From the NCBI GenBank assembly GCA_963789395.1, contig CAWBKP010000014.1, positions 256,001-320,000 of the forward strand: a stretch of DNA of 64,000 nucleotides. The letters run 5' to 3'. The notes beneath the pieces were generated by a model. The model made no database searches and had not been told where the DNA came from. It saw only the letters and a list, made by a program, of their open reading frames with translations. The position numbers were made by a program, and so were the translations under genes. Each line of letters starts with the position of its first letter. Position 1 is the stretch's first letter. This stretch comes from an uncultured delta proteobacterium (GTDB lineage Bacteria; Desulfobacterota; Desulfobacteria; Desulfobacterales; Desulfatirhabdiaceae). Shown piece by piece: positions 1 through 12,175 of the stretch.

Positions 1-362
1 CGGGCATATTCGGCAAACCGGGGGCCTTCCGCGGAAGACAGGTTGAACATCTGAACCCGCTCGCCTCCCACGCCGACGGTATCCAGGAGTTTCTTGGCCT
101 GTTCCACCCGTTTTCTGGCACGGAAATTACCGCTGTTGAAATGACAGTCTCCCTCCAGGCATCCCACGGCGTACACGCCGTCCGCACCTTTTTCAAATGC
201 CCGGAGAATGTGGAGGATATCCACCTTGCCCGTACAGGGCACGCGAATGATCTTGATGCTGGACGGGTAGCTGAGTCGCATCGAACCTGCCAGGTCCGCG
301 GCCGTGTACCCTCAGAAATTACAGCAAAATGCAACGATAACCGGTTCAAACCCTTGCGTCAT
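1..362 (-). CDS. mvhD: Hydrogenase iron-sulfur (delta) subunit MvhD, probable selenoprotein; runs off the window start
   Basis: Manual translation from ATG at 362: MTQGFEPVIVAFCCNF-TGA-GYTAADLAGSMRLSYPSSIKIIRVPCTGKVD...GADGVYAVGCLEGDCHF...GERVQMFNLSSAEGPRFAEYA, the typical MvhD motifs. The TGA (312-314) is codon 17, at a conserved Cys position. The start overlaps the hdrA stop (ATGA). Absent from the ORF track. Confidence 0.93.
283..297 (-). promoter_or_regulatory. Putative bacterial SECIS hairpin of mvhD
   Basis: Minus strand GGACCT-GGC-AGGTTC can pair (one G-U) with G in the apical loop, 14 nt after the in-frame TGA. Confidence 0.55.
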
Positions 363-3300
363 AACACCCCCTCCAGCAGTGCATCTATTTTGCTGAGCAG
401 TTGATCATCTTCATACCAGTTAAGCTCAATCGCCTTGGCCGGACATTCGGATGCGCAGATGCCGCATCCATGACAAAGCGCCACATCAATCTCGCTGACC
501 CCGTCTGCATTGATCCGGGGCACACCGTAGGGACAGGAGCGCACGCAGATCAGGCACGAGGCGCACAAGTCTGCCTGAACCTGGGCCGTCACCGCGGACA
601 GGGTCAGGCTGTCCTGAGACAGGAACGTTGTGGCCCGGGAGGCCGCCGCCAGAGACTGGGCGATGGTTTCCGAAAGCAGCTTCGGACTGTGGGCCGTGCC
701 GCAGATAAAAATCCCTTCGGTTGCCATATCCACGGGCCGAAGCTTGACATGGGCTTCCAGGTAATAGCCTTCGGCATTTCGCGCCAGTTTCATGATGGAG
801 GAGAGCTCTTCGGTCTCCCCTGCCACCATTCCGGCGCTCAGGATCAGATGATCGGCGCTGATCTGCAGCCTGCGCCGGATGATCGGATCCGTGAATACGA
901 CTTCAACGCCTTCCGAAGTGAATTCAACTTCCGGCATGTCTTCCGGTGTATAGCGGAAAAACAGGATGCCCAGTTTTCTGGCTTCGGTGAAATAGTCTTC
1001 CAGAAGCCCGTAAGTGCGAATGTCCCGGTACAGGACGGAGACATCTGCTGCCGGATTCAATGCCTTGATATGCAGGGCGTTTTTAATGGCGCTCTGACAG
1101 CAGATCCGGGAACAGTTGGGATTTTCGTCGTTTCGGGAACCGATACACTGGATCATGACCACCTGATTCAGATCCGAAGCGCCCTCGGTTTCCAGACGGC
1201 TGCCCAGCTCCACCTGGGTCATGACCCGGGGGTCCTTGCCATAGCCGAATTCCTTGGGCTGGTATTCGGTGGCACCGGTTGCCAGAATCACGGCACCATG
1301 GTCGATTTTTCGCTCATACATGCCCGGACCCACCAGAACTTCCGTGGTGAAATTGCCTTTGAATCCGGTAAACCCCACGATAAGCGACTGGGTGAGCACC
1401 TGAAGGTTGGGGTGGGCTCCGGCTTTCTGGATCAGATCATTCAGAAAGGACTGAACATCGGCCCCTTCGATGGTCTGTGTCAGGCGCCGGGCCATGCCGC
1501 CAAGCTCCGGCTCTTTTTCCACCAGGACGACTTCAAACCCCTGGTCCGCCAGGCCAAGCGCAGCTGTCATGCCGCCCACACCTCCCCCGACCACCAGGGC
1601 CCGCTTGTTGACCGGGATCTGTTTTTCATGAAGGGCCTTTAAGGTACCGGCGCGTGCCACGGCCATCCGTACCAGTTCCTTGGCCTTCTGAGTTGCCTGG
1701 TTGGGGCTGTCCGAATGAATCCAGGAATCCTGGTTCCGGATATTGGCCATTTCAAACAGATATTTATTAAGTCCGCAGGCCTGAAGGGTGTCCATGAAAA
1801 TGGCTTCATGGGTCTTGGGGCTGCACGAGGCCACAACCACCCGGTTTAACCGGTGCTCCCGTATCAGGTCCTTCATCAGGTCCTGGGCATCCTGAGAGCA
1901 GGAGAACAGGTTCTGCCCGGCATACACCACGTTCGGAAGGGTTGCGGAATATTCCTGAACTGCCGGGACATCCACGACGCCTGCGATATTGATGCCGCAG
2001 TTGCAGACAAAGACGCCGATCCGGGGCAAAAGGCCTTCCACGGGTATTTCTTCCGGAATGGTAACGGTTCTGGTGCAGGAATACCGGGCCGGCGCCAGGT
2101 TCGCACCCGCTGCACAGGCCGCGGCGCTGGCTTCAATGACCGAAGAGGGTATGTCCTTGGGGGCCTGGAACACGCCGCCCACGTACACGCCGGGACGGGA
2201 GCTTTCAACGGGCGTAAACGGATGCGTTGCTGCGAACCGGTATTTCCCCAGGTCCACATTCAGTCGTCCGGCCAGATCCACCGATGACTGCGGAATCTGA
2301 AGCCCCACGGAAAGCACGACCATGTCAAAGGTTTCTTTCTGGATGTCGCCGCCGTCATCCACATAGCGGATGACCAGCTCGCGGGTTTCCGGAACCTCAT
2401 CGATGGTATGGATCCTGGATTTTACAAACCGTACTCCGGCACGGTCCTTTGCCCGAAGATAGTATTTTTCATAATCTTTGCCAAAAGAGCGGATATCCAT
2501 GTTGAATATGGCGCAATCCAGATTGCCGCCGCTATGCTCCTTGGCGATCATGGCCTCCTTGATGGCGTACATGCAGCAGACGGAAGAGCAGTAGCCGTTG
2601 CCGCACCGGTTGACGTCACGGGAACCCACGCACTGCAGCCAGGCAATGCGTTTGGGTTCGGTGTGATCAGAGAGTTTCACCAGATGCCCCATGGTGGGGC
2701 CGGATGCACTCAACAGTCGCTCGAACTCGAGACTGGTCACGACATTGGGATTTTTTCCATAATGATAAAACTGTCTAAAGGGCGTGGGGTCAAAGGCATG
2801 GCTGCCCGGACACAGAATCACCGAACCGACGGGAATATTGCGGACCACCGTTTCCTGGCTGTGATCCACAGCATTGGCCAGACAGGCGTCCACGCACTGA
2901 TAGCATTCCGAGCAGATCCCGCAGGCCAGACACCTGTCCGCCTCTTTCCGGGTGGCCTCCTCCGAAAACCCGAGCTGGACTTCGTTAAACCCGGTAATCC
3001 GGGTGGTTGAAGGCATGTGCGGCATGGGCACTCTGCCGGCTTTCGTATAGCCTTCCACCGGCACATCGGTAACACCCGTCCAGTGAACGTCCCGGCCTTC
3101 CATCAAATCCTGGCCCTGAATGAAGCGATTGATGGAAACGGCAGCTTCTTTGCCCGCTTGAATGGCTTCAACAACGGTTTTGGGCCCGGTGACCGCATCG
3201 CCTCCCGAGAAAATATCCGGGTCCTTGGACTGGAGCGTGACAGGATCCACGACCATGGTTCCCCAACCGGAAAGGGTGCAGGCGCATTCCTCGGTGAGGC

Positions 3301-4846
3301 AGGCCCAGTCGGACTCCTGGCCGATGGCCGGAATGACGGTATCCACTTCAATGACGAACTCGGATCCTTCAACCGGAACCGGCCTTCTTCTGCCGCTGGC
3401 GTCCGGCTCCCCGAGGGCCATCTGGATGCATTCTATTGCCTTGACCTTGCCGGCATCATCCCCGATGATCCGGACCGGGTGGGTCAGGGTTTTGAGTTCA
3501 ATGCCTTCATCCTCGCATTCTGCAATTTCCTCGATGCTTGCCGGCATTTCATCCCGGCTGCGGCGGTAGATGATGAACGGCTTTGTAGAGCCGGTGCGAA
3601 GGGCGGTTCGGACCGAATCCATGGCCACATTCCCGCCGCCGATGACCGCAACCCGGTCCCCCAGCTGTATCCGGTTTCCCAGGTTCACTTCCCGGAGAAA
3701 CTCAACGCCAGGATAGACGCCGGGCAGGTTTTCGCCTTCAATCCCGAGCCGCTTGCATTCATGGGCGCCGATGGCCATGAAAAAGGCCTTGAACCCATTT
3801 TCGCGAAGCTGGGCAATGGTGAAATCCTTTCCGATCTCAACGCCTGTCTTGAACTGAACGCCAAGATCCTTGATGGTCTGAATTTCGGATTCAATAATAT
3901 CCCGGGGAAGCCGGTAGGACGGAATACCGACGGTCAGCATGCCGCCAAGAACGGGAAGCTTTTCAAAAACCGTTACCGGATAACCTTCAATGGCCAGATA
4001 ATAGGCCGCAGTCAGTCCGGCCGGGCCGGCTCCCACAATGGCGACTTTCTCGTTTTTGGATTCCTTGATCTTGGGAACAAAGGGCGCGCCGCTTTTTAAA
4101 TCTTCATCCGCCAGAAACCGGTGAAGGTATTGAATGCTGATGGGCTCATCCACCTGATTCCGCGTGCAGATGCCTTCGCAGGGATGGTGGCAGACGCGGC
4201 CGCAGACGCCGGGAAACGGATGGTCCTGCTTGAAGAGCTCCAGGGCTTCCCGGTATTTGCCTGCATTGATCAGGGCAATGAATCCCTGAACGCTGACATG
4301 GGCCGGGCACGTGGCCTTGCAGGGCGCGGTGCCCCGTTTGGTGATGGCAAATGCGCCGGGAATTGCCTGGGCATACTGCTTGAATGCGGCCTTTCGCGTG
4401 GCAAGGGACTTGTTGTATTCGTCCGGAACGCTGATGGGGCAAACCTTGGCGCATTCGCCGCAGCTGGTGCATTTGGAAAGATCGATATACCGGGGCTTCT
4501 GCCGGATCCGGGCCGTAAAACTGCCGGGGTTTCCACTGAGATCCAGAAGCTCGGTCTGGGTCATTAACTCGATGTTCAGATGCCGGCCGACCTCGACCAG
4601 TTTGGGTGAGATCACTCACATGGCGCAGTCGTTGGTGGGAAATGTCTTATCGATCTGGGACATCATGCCGCCCACAGCAGCCGTTTCCTCGACCAGATAC
4701 ACGTAGTATCCCGAGTTGGCCAGATCGAGAGCGGACTGCATGCCCGCAATTCCGGCACCCACGACCATGACGGAACCCACCAGCGGTTGCGAAGCACCTT
4801 CAGTGCTTTCAGCCTTTGGAAGAATGGGATCTGCTTGTTTTTCCAT
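359..4846 (-). CDS. hdrA: Large HdrA-like (HdrL-type) flavoprotein with inserted NAD(P)-binding GltD/NfnB-like module; probable selenoprotein, about 1495 aa
   Basis: ORFs 4616..4846 and 359..4615 are in one frame, separated only by TGA at 4616-4618, giving DKTFPTNDCAM-U-VISPKL (HdrA consensus has Cys there). Multiple GxGxxG Rossmann motifs, CxxCxxCxxxCP ferredoxin motifs, QCVGSRD/CSSVCC and QCIGSR/CSRICC HdrA repeats, CGRVCHHPCE GltD-type cluster. Confidence 0.93.
4583..4600 (-). promoter_or_regulatory. Putative bacterial SECIS hairpin of hdrA
   Basis: Minus strand CTGGTCG-AGGT-CGGCCGG forms a 7-bp stem (with G-U pairs) and a G-containing 4-nt loop, 15 nt after the TGA. Confidence 0.65.
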
Positions 4847-4922
4847 AAACGATTTCCTTTAGAAATAGGTTAACAGCGGGCCGGCCAAATGAGCCTTAAA
4901 CAGTCCGCAGCTCGCAGTTCTC

Positions 4923-5792
4923 TTAGATTCTTTCAAGGATGTCGGGCAGTTTATCTTCCCACCCGATGGTCGACACCAGCACGCCGCTCAACCCCTCTGC
5001 TCTGAGTGCGGCAATCATTTCCGCTGCAATCTGGATGCATTCCCGAACCTTGTCAGGCGCACTTTGAATTCGGGAAATGAGGGATTCGGGAATTGTCACA
5101 TGCTCGACATTCCTTGACATATAGCGGGCCATGCCCGCTGATTTCAGCAGCAGAACCGTCGGAATGACGGCGATTCGGCTGCGGTCGATCCGATTAAGAA
5201 ACGGACCCAGAGCACCCAGATCAAACACCGGCGGGGTTACGAAAAACCTGGCCCCGCTGTCGCTTTTTTGATTGAGAAGCTCGATTTCAGCCTCCAGTCC
5301 CTCTCCCCTGGCCAAGGCCTGTACCGTAGATCCCACCAGAAATTTGGGGGCCCCTTTCAAGTCAATGCCTGCCATGTCTTTGCCGGTTTGAAGCTTTTTC
5401 AGGGAGTCCAGCAGTTCCATCAGGGTAATATCGTACACCGCTTTGGCCTGATGGTGATCCCCGAAGCGGGGGTCCTGGCCGGAGACAGCCATGACCGTGG
5501 AGATGCCGCAGGCCGAGGCTGCCAGCAGATCCGCCTGCAAGGCAAGCCGGTTGCGGTCCCTGCAGCAGACCTGCATGACGGTTTCCATGCCGGCCTGCTG
5601 CAGGCCGATCGCGCCGCCCAGGGCGCTCATGCGCATCACCGCGTTGCTCATTTCAGGAATCAGAAAGGCATCAACCTGCTCTTTGACTCGCCTGGCGTTC
5701 TTGATCATGGCAGAGATGTCAGCGCCTTTGGGAGGTTCCATCTCAGCCAAGACCACAAATGCGCCGGCCTCTATCTTGGTTTTCAGATGCAT
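4923..5792 (-). CDS. metF: Methylenetetrahydrofolate reductase (MetF)-family protein
   Basis: EMEPPKG, CCRDRNRLALQADLL, GDH, GARFFVT motifs of the MTHFR TIM barrel; co-oriented directly upstream of hdrA. Confidence 0.85.
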   Translation of the reverse strand: MHLKTKIEAGAFVVLAEMEPPKGADISAMIKNARRVKEQVDAFLIPEMSNAVMRMSALGGAIGLQQAGMETVMQVCCRDRNRLALQADLLAASACGISTVMAVSGQDPRFGDHHQAKAVYDITLMELLDSLKKLQTGKDMAGIDLKGAPKFLVGSTVQALARGEGLEAEIELLNQKSDSGARFFVTPPVFDLGALGPFLNRIDRSRIAVIPTVLLLKSAGMARYMSRNVEHVTIPESLISRIQSAPDKVRECIQIAAEMIAALRAEGLSGVLVSTIGWEDKLPDILERI

Positions 5793-6129
5793 CGGGTTTC
5801 CTCCAGACTTGGGTGGGACCGAAAATTACAGGAAATAACATACAAACTATCAATACTGTTTATTTCATTAAACCATTTGTAATATTTTGGTCAAGAAAAA
5901 AATATAATGTTTTATTTAATAAATGAATTACAATCAGATCAGATGTCTTTGCCCGGTTCACAGCCTGATAATCATGGACTTTTTTTCGATACATCTATAA
6001 AGAACAAAGGAAGAATCCATATAAGTCAACATGGGGATTGCACCGTAACTGATCATGAATCGGGCATTCCCGAATCAGAAAACATACCTTTCCCCTTTGG
6101 AAAAGAAAGGGGAATGAGGAATCGCGTTA

Positions 6130-7500
6130 ATGCAACAACATGTATCCCGGGGCGCCACCCTGTTCGCGGTCGGCACCGCCTCCTTTCTTATGCCGTTCAT
6201 GCTCTCTGGCGTGGGCGTCGCCCTCCCGTCCATCGGCAGGGAGCTTTCCGCCAGCGCCATTCAGCTCAGCCTGGTGGAAACTGCCTACATGCTCTCGGTT
6301 TCCATTTTTCTGCTGACCATGGGAAGGCTCGGGGATATTCACGGACGCAGGCGCATTTTTCATTGGGGCATTGCTGTTTTTACGCTCATGGGTGGACTAT
6401 TGTCCCAGGCGTGGTCAATTCAGGCGGTAATTGGTTTCCGTTTTCTGCAGGGCATCGGCGGCGCCATGATTGCGGCAACAGGGATGGCAATCGTTGTTTC
6501 CGTCTTTCCCCCCGAACAACGGGGCAGGGCCCTGGGAATCACCGTTGCCTGTGTCTATGCCGGCCTTTCCTGCGGCCCGTTTATCGGCGGCGCCCTGATC
6601 ACCGCCTTTGGCTGGCGGTCATTATTCTACCTGTGCGTTCCACTGGGAGCCGGCAGTTTTATTCTGGTCAGCCGCAAGCTGCGCGGCGAGTGGGCGGATG
6701 CCAAAGGAGAACCGTTCGACTGGAAGGGCGCAACCCTGTATGCTTTCGCCATTGTTCTGTTGATCATTGGCGCCGCCAATCTTGGCAATGGCAGGTGGTC
6801 ATGGGGACTCGTGTCCGCAGGCATTGCCGGACTGTGGCTGTTTGTCGCCATGGAGGCACGCATCCGGCATCCTGTGCTGAACGTGGGGCTATTCAACCAT
6901 AACCGGGTGTTTGCCCTCAGCAGCCTGGCGGCCCTTCTCAACTACGCAGCCACCTTCGGCGTAACGTTTTTCTTCAGCCTCTACCTGCAGTTCGTTAAGG
7001 GTATGACACCACAGCAGGCAGGAGCGGTTCTTATTGTACAACCCGTAGCCCAGGCACTGTTTTCCCCGCTTTGCGGGCGCCTTTCAGACCGGTATTCGGC
7101 GGCATGGGTGGCAACGGCAGGCATGGCGCTCTGCGCGGCAGGCCTTGGAATCAGTGTTGCCATCTCCCCAACCACGTCCCTGACGGTTCTTGTCGCCATC
7201 TTCCTGCTGCTGGGACTGGGCTTTGCCCTGTTTTCATCACCCAACATGAGCGTCATCATGGGCAGCGTTGCGCCCAGGTACCTTGGCGTGGCGTCCGGAC
7301 TCGTGGGAAGCATGCGCACCCTGGGCATGATGACCAGCATGACGATCATCACCGTTCTGCTGTCTGTTTTCATGAAAGGCCATGCGATCACATTCGATAC
7401 ACAGACTGATTTTCTATTGACCATGCGCGCGGCCCTGGCATGTTTTTGCCTGCTGTGCGGCGGAGGCATTCTGTGCTCCATCGGCAGGCTGCGGCGCTGA
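6130..7500 (+). CDS. MFS transporter (DHA2/EmrB-QacA-like)
   Basis: About 14 hydrophobic segments, GRLGDIHGRRR motif A, GPFIGG and WRSLF motifs. Confidence 0.9.
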   Translation: MQQHVSRGATLFAVGTASFLMPFMLSGVGVALPSIGRELSASAIQLSLVETAYMLSVSIFLLTMGRLGDIHGRRRIFHWGIAVFTLMGGLLSQAWSIQAVIGFRFLQGIGGAMIAATGMAIVVSVFPPEQRGRALGITVACVYAGLSCGPFIGGALITAFGWRSLFYLCVPLGAGSFILVSRKLRGEWADAKGEPFDWKGATLYAFAIVLLIIGAANLGNGRWSWGLVSAGIAGLWLFVAMEARIRHPVLNVGLFNHNRVFALSSLAALLNYAATFGVTFFFSLYLQFVKGMTPQQAGAVLIVQPVAQALFSPLCGRLSDRYSAAWVATAGMALCAAGLGISVAISPTTSLTVLVAIFLLLGLGFALFSSPNMSVIMGSVAPRYLGVASGLVGSMRTLGMMTSMTIITVLLSVFMKGHAITFDTQTDFLLTMRAALACFCLLCGGGILCSIGRLRR

Positions 7501-7667
7501 AAGATCCGAATGCGCCTTTTGCAATTCTGCCTGCCCATCGCCAGCATCTGAAACCCGAAGCAGGCTTGCGGATAATGATGGACTTTTCTTAAAATCGTCT
7601 ATATTAAAAATGAGTCTGATCAACAACAGCCGGAATGTCATCTTATCATAGAGGAATGTCACATACC

Positions 7668-9098
7668 ATGCGCTGGAAACTCTATTTGAATATCCGCCAA
7701 AAAGTCATTTTCGGGCTTACGCTCGGGATGACGGCCGTTGCCCTGGTGGGAGGTCTCTCCTACCGGTACCTTGCAGAAATTGAACGCAAACAGCATCTGG
7801 TTGAGGTTGCCGATGATTTGAACAATGTCATTCTCGAAATTCGCAGGTATGAAAAAAACTTTCTTCTTTACGGATCTGAACAGGATTTTTCTGAAAACCG
7901 GTTGTATATTGAAAACGGCCTGCGCACCATTCAATCCATCGTTCCCGAAATGCACAACTTGAAAGGCGCCCCGCATCTGAATCTTCTCGAACAGGAATTT
8001 CTGGCATACCGATCCACCATGGACGAAATTGAAAAATGCAGCGGCCAGCAGTTGCGATCCTGCAATCAGAAGATCGAGGAGCGCTTGCGGGAACAGGGGA
8101 AAAAACTCCTGGACATTTCCCACCAGCTCGTCACCTATGAACGCCAGCGCATATTGACCATTATCAAAACCTTGCAGAGCCAACTGGCTGCCGCCATTAT
8201 TCTGTTCATTTTTACCGGTCTGTTTCTGATTATCGTGGTCATTAAAAAAATCATTCGTCCCCTGAAGGTTATCGAACAGGCAACGCTGCAAATCGCCCAG
8301 GGGGATTTCAGCCATCTGCCGATTTCGGGCAATCGGGATGAAACCCAGCAGGTATTGCAGGCATTGAACCGGATGACATCGGAACTGGAAAAACGCCAGG
8401 AACAGCTCCTTCAGGCCAGAAAACTCTCCTCCATAGGCATACTGACATCCGGCGTGGCTCACCAGTTGAACAATCCCCTCAACAATATTTCAACCTCCTG
8501 CCAGATTCTTCTGGAGGAATTCGGCCGGGGGGATCCGGAGTTCATGCATAAAATGCTGACCAATATCGAGCAGGAAGTGCACCGGGCAAGGGACACGGTC
8601 AAAGGGCTTCTGGAATTTTCCCGGGACAAGGAATTTGCGCTGGTTCCCCATTCACTCAAGGAAGTGGTGGATCGATCGGTCCGTTTAATATCCAGCCAGG
8701 TGCCGCCGGGTATCGACATCGTGCGCGATGTGCCGGAGGACATGATGTTGAATCTGGATGCCCAGCGCCTCCAGGAGGTTTTTTTAAATCTTCTGATGAA
8801 TGCGGCCCAAGCCATTGAACAGCCCCCCGGCCAGATCCGCATTTCCGCAACACCGGATCAGACATCCGGTCAGGCTGTCATCACCGTGGCGGACACGGGA
8901 GTTGGAATTCCAGAAGATCATTTCACCCATGTTTTTGATCCGTTTTTCACCACCAAACCTGTGGGCACGGGAACCGGCATGGGCCTTTCCGTAGTATACG
9001 GAATCGTCCAAAAACATCAGGGAACGATTTCCGTTGAAAGCAAGGTCGGTGAAGGCACCCGGTTCAGCATCCGATTGCCTTTACAGCAATCCGTATAA
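7668..9098 (+). CDS. HAMP-domain sensor histidine kinase
   Basis: Two TM segments, EIRRYEKNF periplasmic motif, HAMP, H-box AHQLNNPL, N/G1/F/G2 boxes. The start could also be 7635 or 7656. Confidence 0.92.
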   Translation: MRWKLYLNIRQKVIFGLTLGMTAVALVGGLSYRYLAEIERKQHLVEVADDLNNVILEIRRYEKNFLLYGSEQDFSENRLYIENGLRTIQSIVPEMHNLKGAPHLNLLEQEFLAYRSTMDEIEKCSGQQLRSCNQKIEERLREQGKKLLDISHQLVTYERQRILTIIKTLQSQLAAAIILFIFTGLFLIIVVIKKIIRPLKVIEQATLQIAQGDFSHLPISGNRDETQQVLQALNRMTSELEKRQEQLLQARKLSSIGILTSGVAHQLNNPLNNISTSCQILLEEFGRGDPEFMHKMLTNIEQEVHRARDTVKGLLEFSRDKEFALVPHSLKEVVDRSVRLISSQVPPGIDIVRDVPEDMMLNLDAQRLQEVFLNLLMNAAQAIEQPPGQIRISATPDQTSGQAVITVADTGVGIPEDHFTHVFDPFFTTKPVGTGTGMGLSVVYGIVQKHQGTISVESKVGEGTRFSIRLPLQQSV

Positions 9099-9111
9099 GG
9101 AAGGGCAAACG

Positions 9112-10465
9112 ATGACCGCGCGCATATTGATTGTGGATGACGAAACCATCGCCCGGGAGAATCTGGGATATGTTCTCCGCAAGGAAGGCTTTGAAACCGT
9201 TTGCGTGGACAGCGGAATGAAAGCTCTTCAGGAGCTGGAAAAAAGCGATTTTGATCTGGTGATGACCGATCTTCGGATGCCCGGCATGGACGGTATGGAA
9301 GTGGTGGAGCAGACCCGTGAAAAATATCCGGCCACGGAAATCATTGTTGTTACCGGCTACGCCACGGTTACCACGGCGGTCGAGGCCATGCAGAAAGGTG
9401 CGTTTTATTATCTTCCCAAACCCTATCAGATTGATGAAGTGCGCATTCTGGTGCATCAGGCATCTGGAAAAAAGGTCTCTGAGGCAGGAAGTTGCCGAAT
9501 TAAAACAACAAATCCAGTCCCAGCAGGCCTTTCCCATCCTGATCGGCGAGAATCCCAAAATGCTGGCCCTTAAAAAAACCATCGAGCAGATCGCCCCTGC
9601 GGATTGCACGGTATTGATTCTGGGAGAAACCGGAACCGGAAAGGAGCTGGTCGCCAAAACCATTCACCAGTTCAGCCAGCGCTCTTCAAAGCGGTTTCTT
9701 GCCATAAACTGCGGTGCGTTCAACGAAGAGCTTCTGGCCAACGAGCTTTTCGGGCATGAAAAAGAAGCCTTTACCGGGGCCCGGGGAATCCGCAAAGGAC
9801 TGCTGGAATCGGTTCAGGGAGGAACCATTCTGCTGGACGAGATCGGGGATATGCCGCCGTCCATGCAGGTGAAACTGCTTCGGGTGCTTCAGGAAAGAAC
9901 GCTGATCCGCGTCGGCGGGGTAGAAGAAATTCCCATCGACATCCGGATTCTGGCAGCCACAAACAAGGATTTGAAAACCGAGGTCGACGCCGGAAATTTC
10001 CGTCAGGATCTCTATTACCGCCTGAACGTCATTTCCCTGCACGTTCCCCCGCTCATAGATCGAAAAGACACCCTTGTCCTGTTGTGCCGGCATTTTCTGA
10101 AACAGTTCTCGGAAGCCCAGGCCAAGGATGTGACGCAGGTATCGGATGAGGCCATGGATATTTTGATGAATTACGGGTTTCCGGGAAATGTCCGGGAGCT
10201 GGAGAATATTATTGAACGGGCCGTCACGCTGTCAACAGGATCTGCCATTGAAACCAAGCACCTGCCCGCCGACCTTCAGCAGCTGAAATTTCACATCCAG
10301 TGCCAGCGAAAGAGCGATTTTCTCACGCTGGAGGAAAATGAAAAATCGTATATCGCCTGGATTCTGGATCAGGTCGGGAACAACAAAACCAAGGCAGCGG
10401 CAATCCTGGGAATCGATCGGGTATCCCTGTGGCGAAAACTGCGACGGTATCACTTGGAAGATTAA
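9112..10465 (+). CDS. NtrC-family sigma-54 response regulator (one apparent frameshift near 9463)
   Basis: Receiver domain in ORF 9034..9573 (ILIVDDE, DLRMPGMDG) continues in ORF 9317..10465 (GETGTGKE, GAFN/AFTGA, FRQDLYYRL, C-terminal HTH). One extra base in GCATCTGGAA restores ...HQALEKRSL. Confidence 0.88.
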
Positions 10466-10764
10466 GCGACTGGTCATCGTGTCAAATTTCGTGATGTGAT
10501 TTTGTAAAATGAAGACAGGGTTTCCGTTCTGACACACTATCGTTGTGTCTCCATACTATCCCCGCTTGTTTCTTCCCCGCATCACTTTCCGGAAATTACG
10601 GATAAAACAACTTGTTGCAGTTATGCAATAGCTGCGTCACCTGTAAATTTGTCGCGCCCATATTGACAGATGATAAATGGCGCTGTAGTGTATTGGGTAA
10701 GTCGCATGACGGTTCGCAGCCGATCAGGGATAGGTTCGCAAGGCGTATTCAGGAGGACTACTAT

Positions 10765-12175
10765 ATGCACAAGTACATTCAGCATGTCTGTGAAGACGAG
10801 GTGTTAAATGCCATCGGCAATGGGTTGATGGTCGTCAGTCAGGAGGGGGAGATCCTGACGGCGAACCAGGAAATGTCATCCATCACCGGGTTTTCACTGG
10901 ATGAGTTGATCGGCGCCAACTGTGCTATTCTGGGTTGCGATGTCTGCGACAAGTCCCGTTCGGACAGCAAGAACAACTGGTGTATGCTCTTTGAGGTCGG
11001 GAAGGTCAAAAACAAACGATGCCTGATGACACGAAAAGACGGCACCTACATATCGGTCTCAAAAAACGCCCTGGTCCTGAAGGACGATTCTGGAAAAGTC
11101 ATTGGTGCTCTGGAAACCTTCATTGATATCAGCGAGATGGATAAAAAGGACCAAAAAATATTCGAACTGGAAAGCCGCCTGAACCGGGATAGCGGATTTT
11201 TCGGAATGATCGGTACAAGTGCTCCCATGAAGGCCATCTACCAGATCATCGAAAAAGTTGCCCAGAGCGACGCCCCGGTAATCATCAGCGGGGAAAGCGG
11301 GACAGGCAAGGAGCTGGTGGCCCAGGCCATTCACGAACTGGGCCGGCGCCGGGAAGGCCCCTTTGTCAAATTCAACTGTGCGGCCCTGAATTCCTCTATT
11401 TGCGAAAGCGAACTTTTCGGCCATACCAAGGGCGCTTTTACCGGCGCTTACCGCCATCGAATCGGGCGGTTCGAGGCCGCTCACGGCGGCGATATTTTTC
11501 TGGATGAAATCGGAGACATTCCCCTGGCGGTTCAGGCCATGCTGCTTCGGGTTCTGGAATTGAAAAAATTCGAACGCGTTGGGGAAAACCGCTCAGTGAA
11601 CGCCGATGTACGCGTAATCACGGCCACCAACCGCAATCTGCTGGAGATGATTTCCCAAGGGCATTTTCGGGAAGATCTGTTTTTCCGCATCAATGTGGTT
11701 CCGATTCACCTGCCCCCTTTACGGGAAAGGCGCGAAGATATTCCCCTTCTCGTTGATTCGTTTATTAACGCTTTGCGCACCCGCGATGATAAAGCCGTCA
11801 TGGGCGTATCTCCCAAAGTGATGACGCTTTTCATGACCTATCATTGGCCCGGCAATGTCCGCGAGCTAAAAAGCGTTCTGGAATACGCATTTGTCATTCA
11901 TCCCCCGGCCTGATTGAAATGCATCATTTGCCTGCCTATATTCCGGTCCCCGAAGAACTCAAGCATCGCCGCCGTACCGACCCCCTGCCCCGATGCTTGA
12001 ATGCGAACCCGATATCGCCGAAAAAAATGCCCTTCTGGAGGCACTGGGATCGTGCAGCGGCAACAAAAGCCAGGCTGCCAAGATACTGGGCGTCCACCGC
12101 ATGACGGTCTGGAACCGCATGCGAAAACATGGTATTTCCCTGACAAAAAACATCGACCAGGCTCCGATTAACTAG
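10765..12175 (+). CDS. PAS-domain sigma-54 enhancer-binding protein (two apparent frameshifts near 11900 and 11995)
   Basis: RBS AGGAGG at 10751; PAS with Cys residues, GESGTGKE, GAFTGA, WPGNVREL. The tail continues in ORF 11844..12104 (GLIEMHHLP) and then 11993..12175 (Fis-type HTH GNKSQAAKILG). Confidence 0.85.

Noticed and set aside
401..4706. Long + strand ORFs (401..1642, 3017..4099, 2408..3010 and others)
   Set aside because: Antisense shadows of hdrA with no recognisable motifs. The same applies to similar shadow ORFs elsewhere in the window.
5907..6902. 331-aa ORF overlapping the MFS gene
   Set aside because: Alternative frame of a clear MFS transporter; Arg/Pro-rich composition with no motifs.
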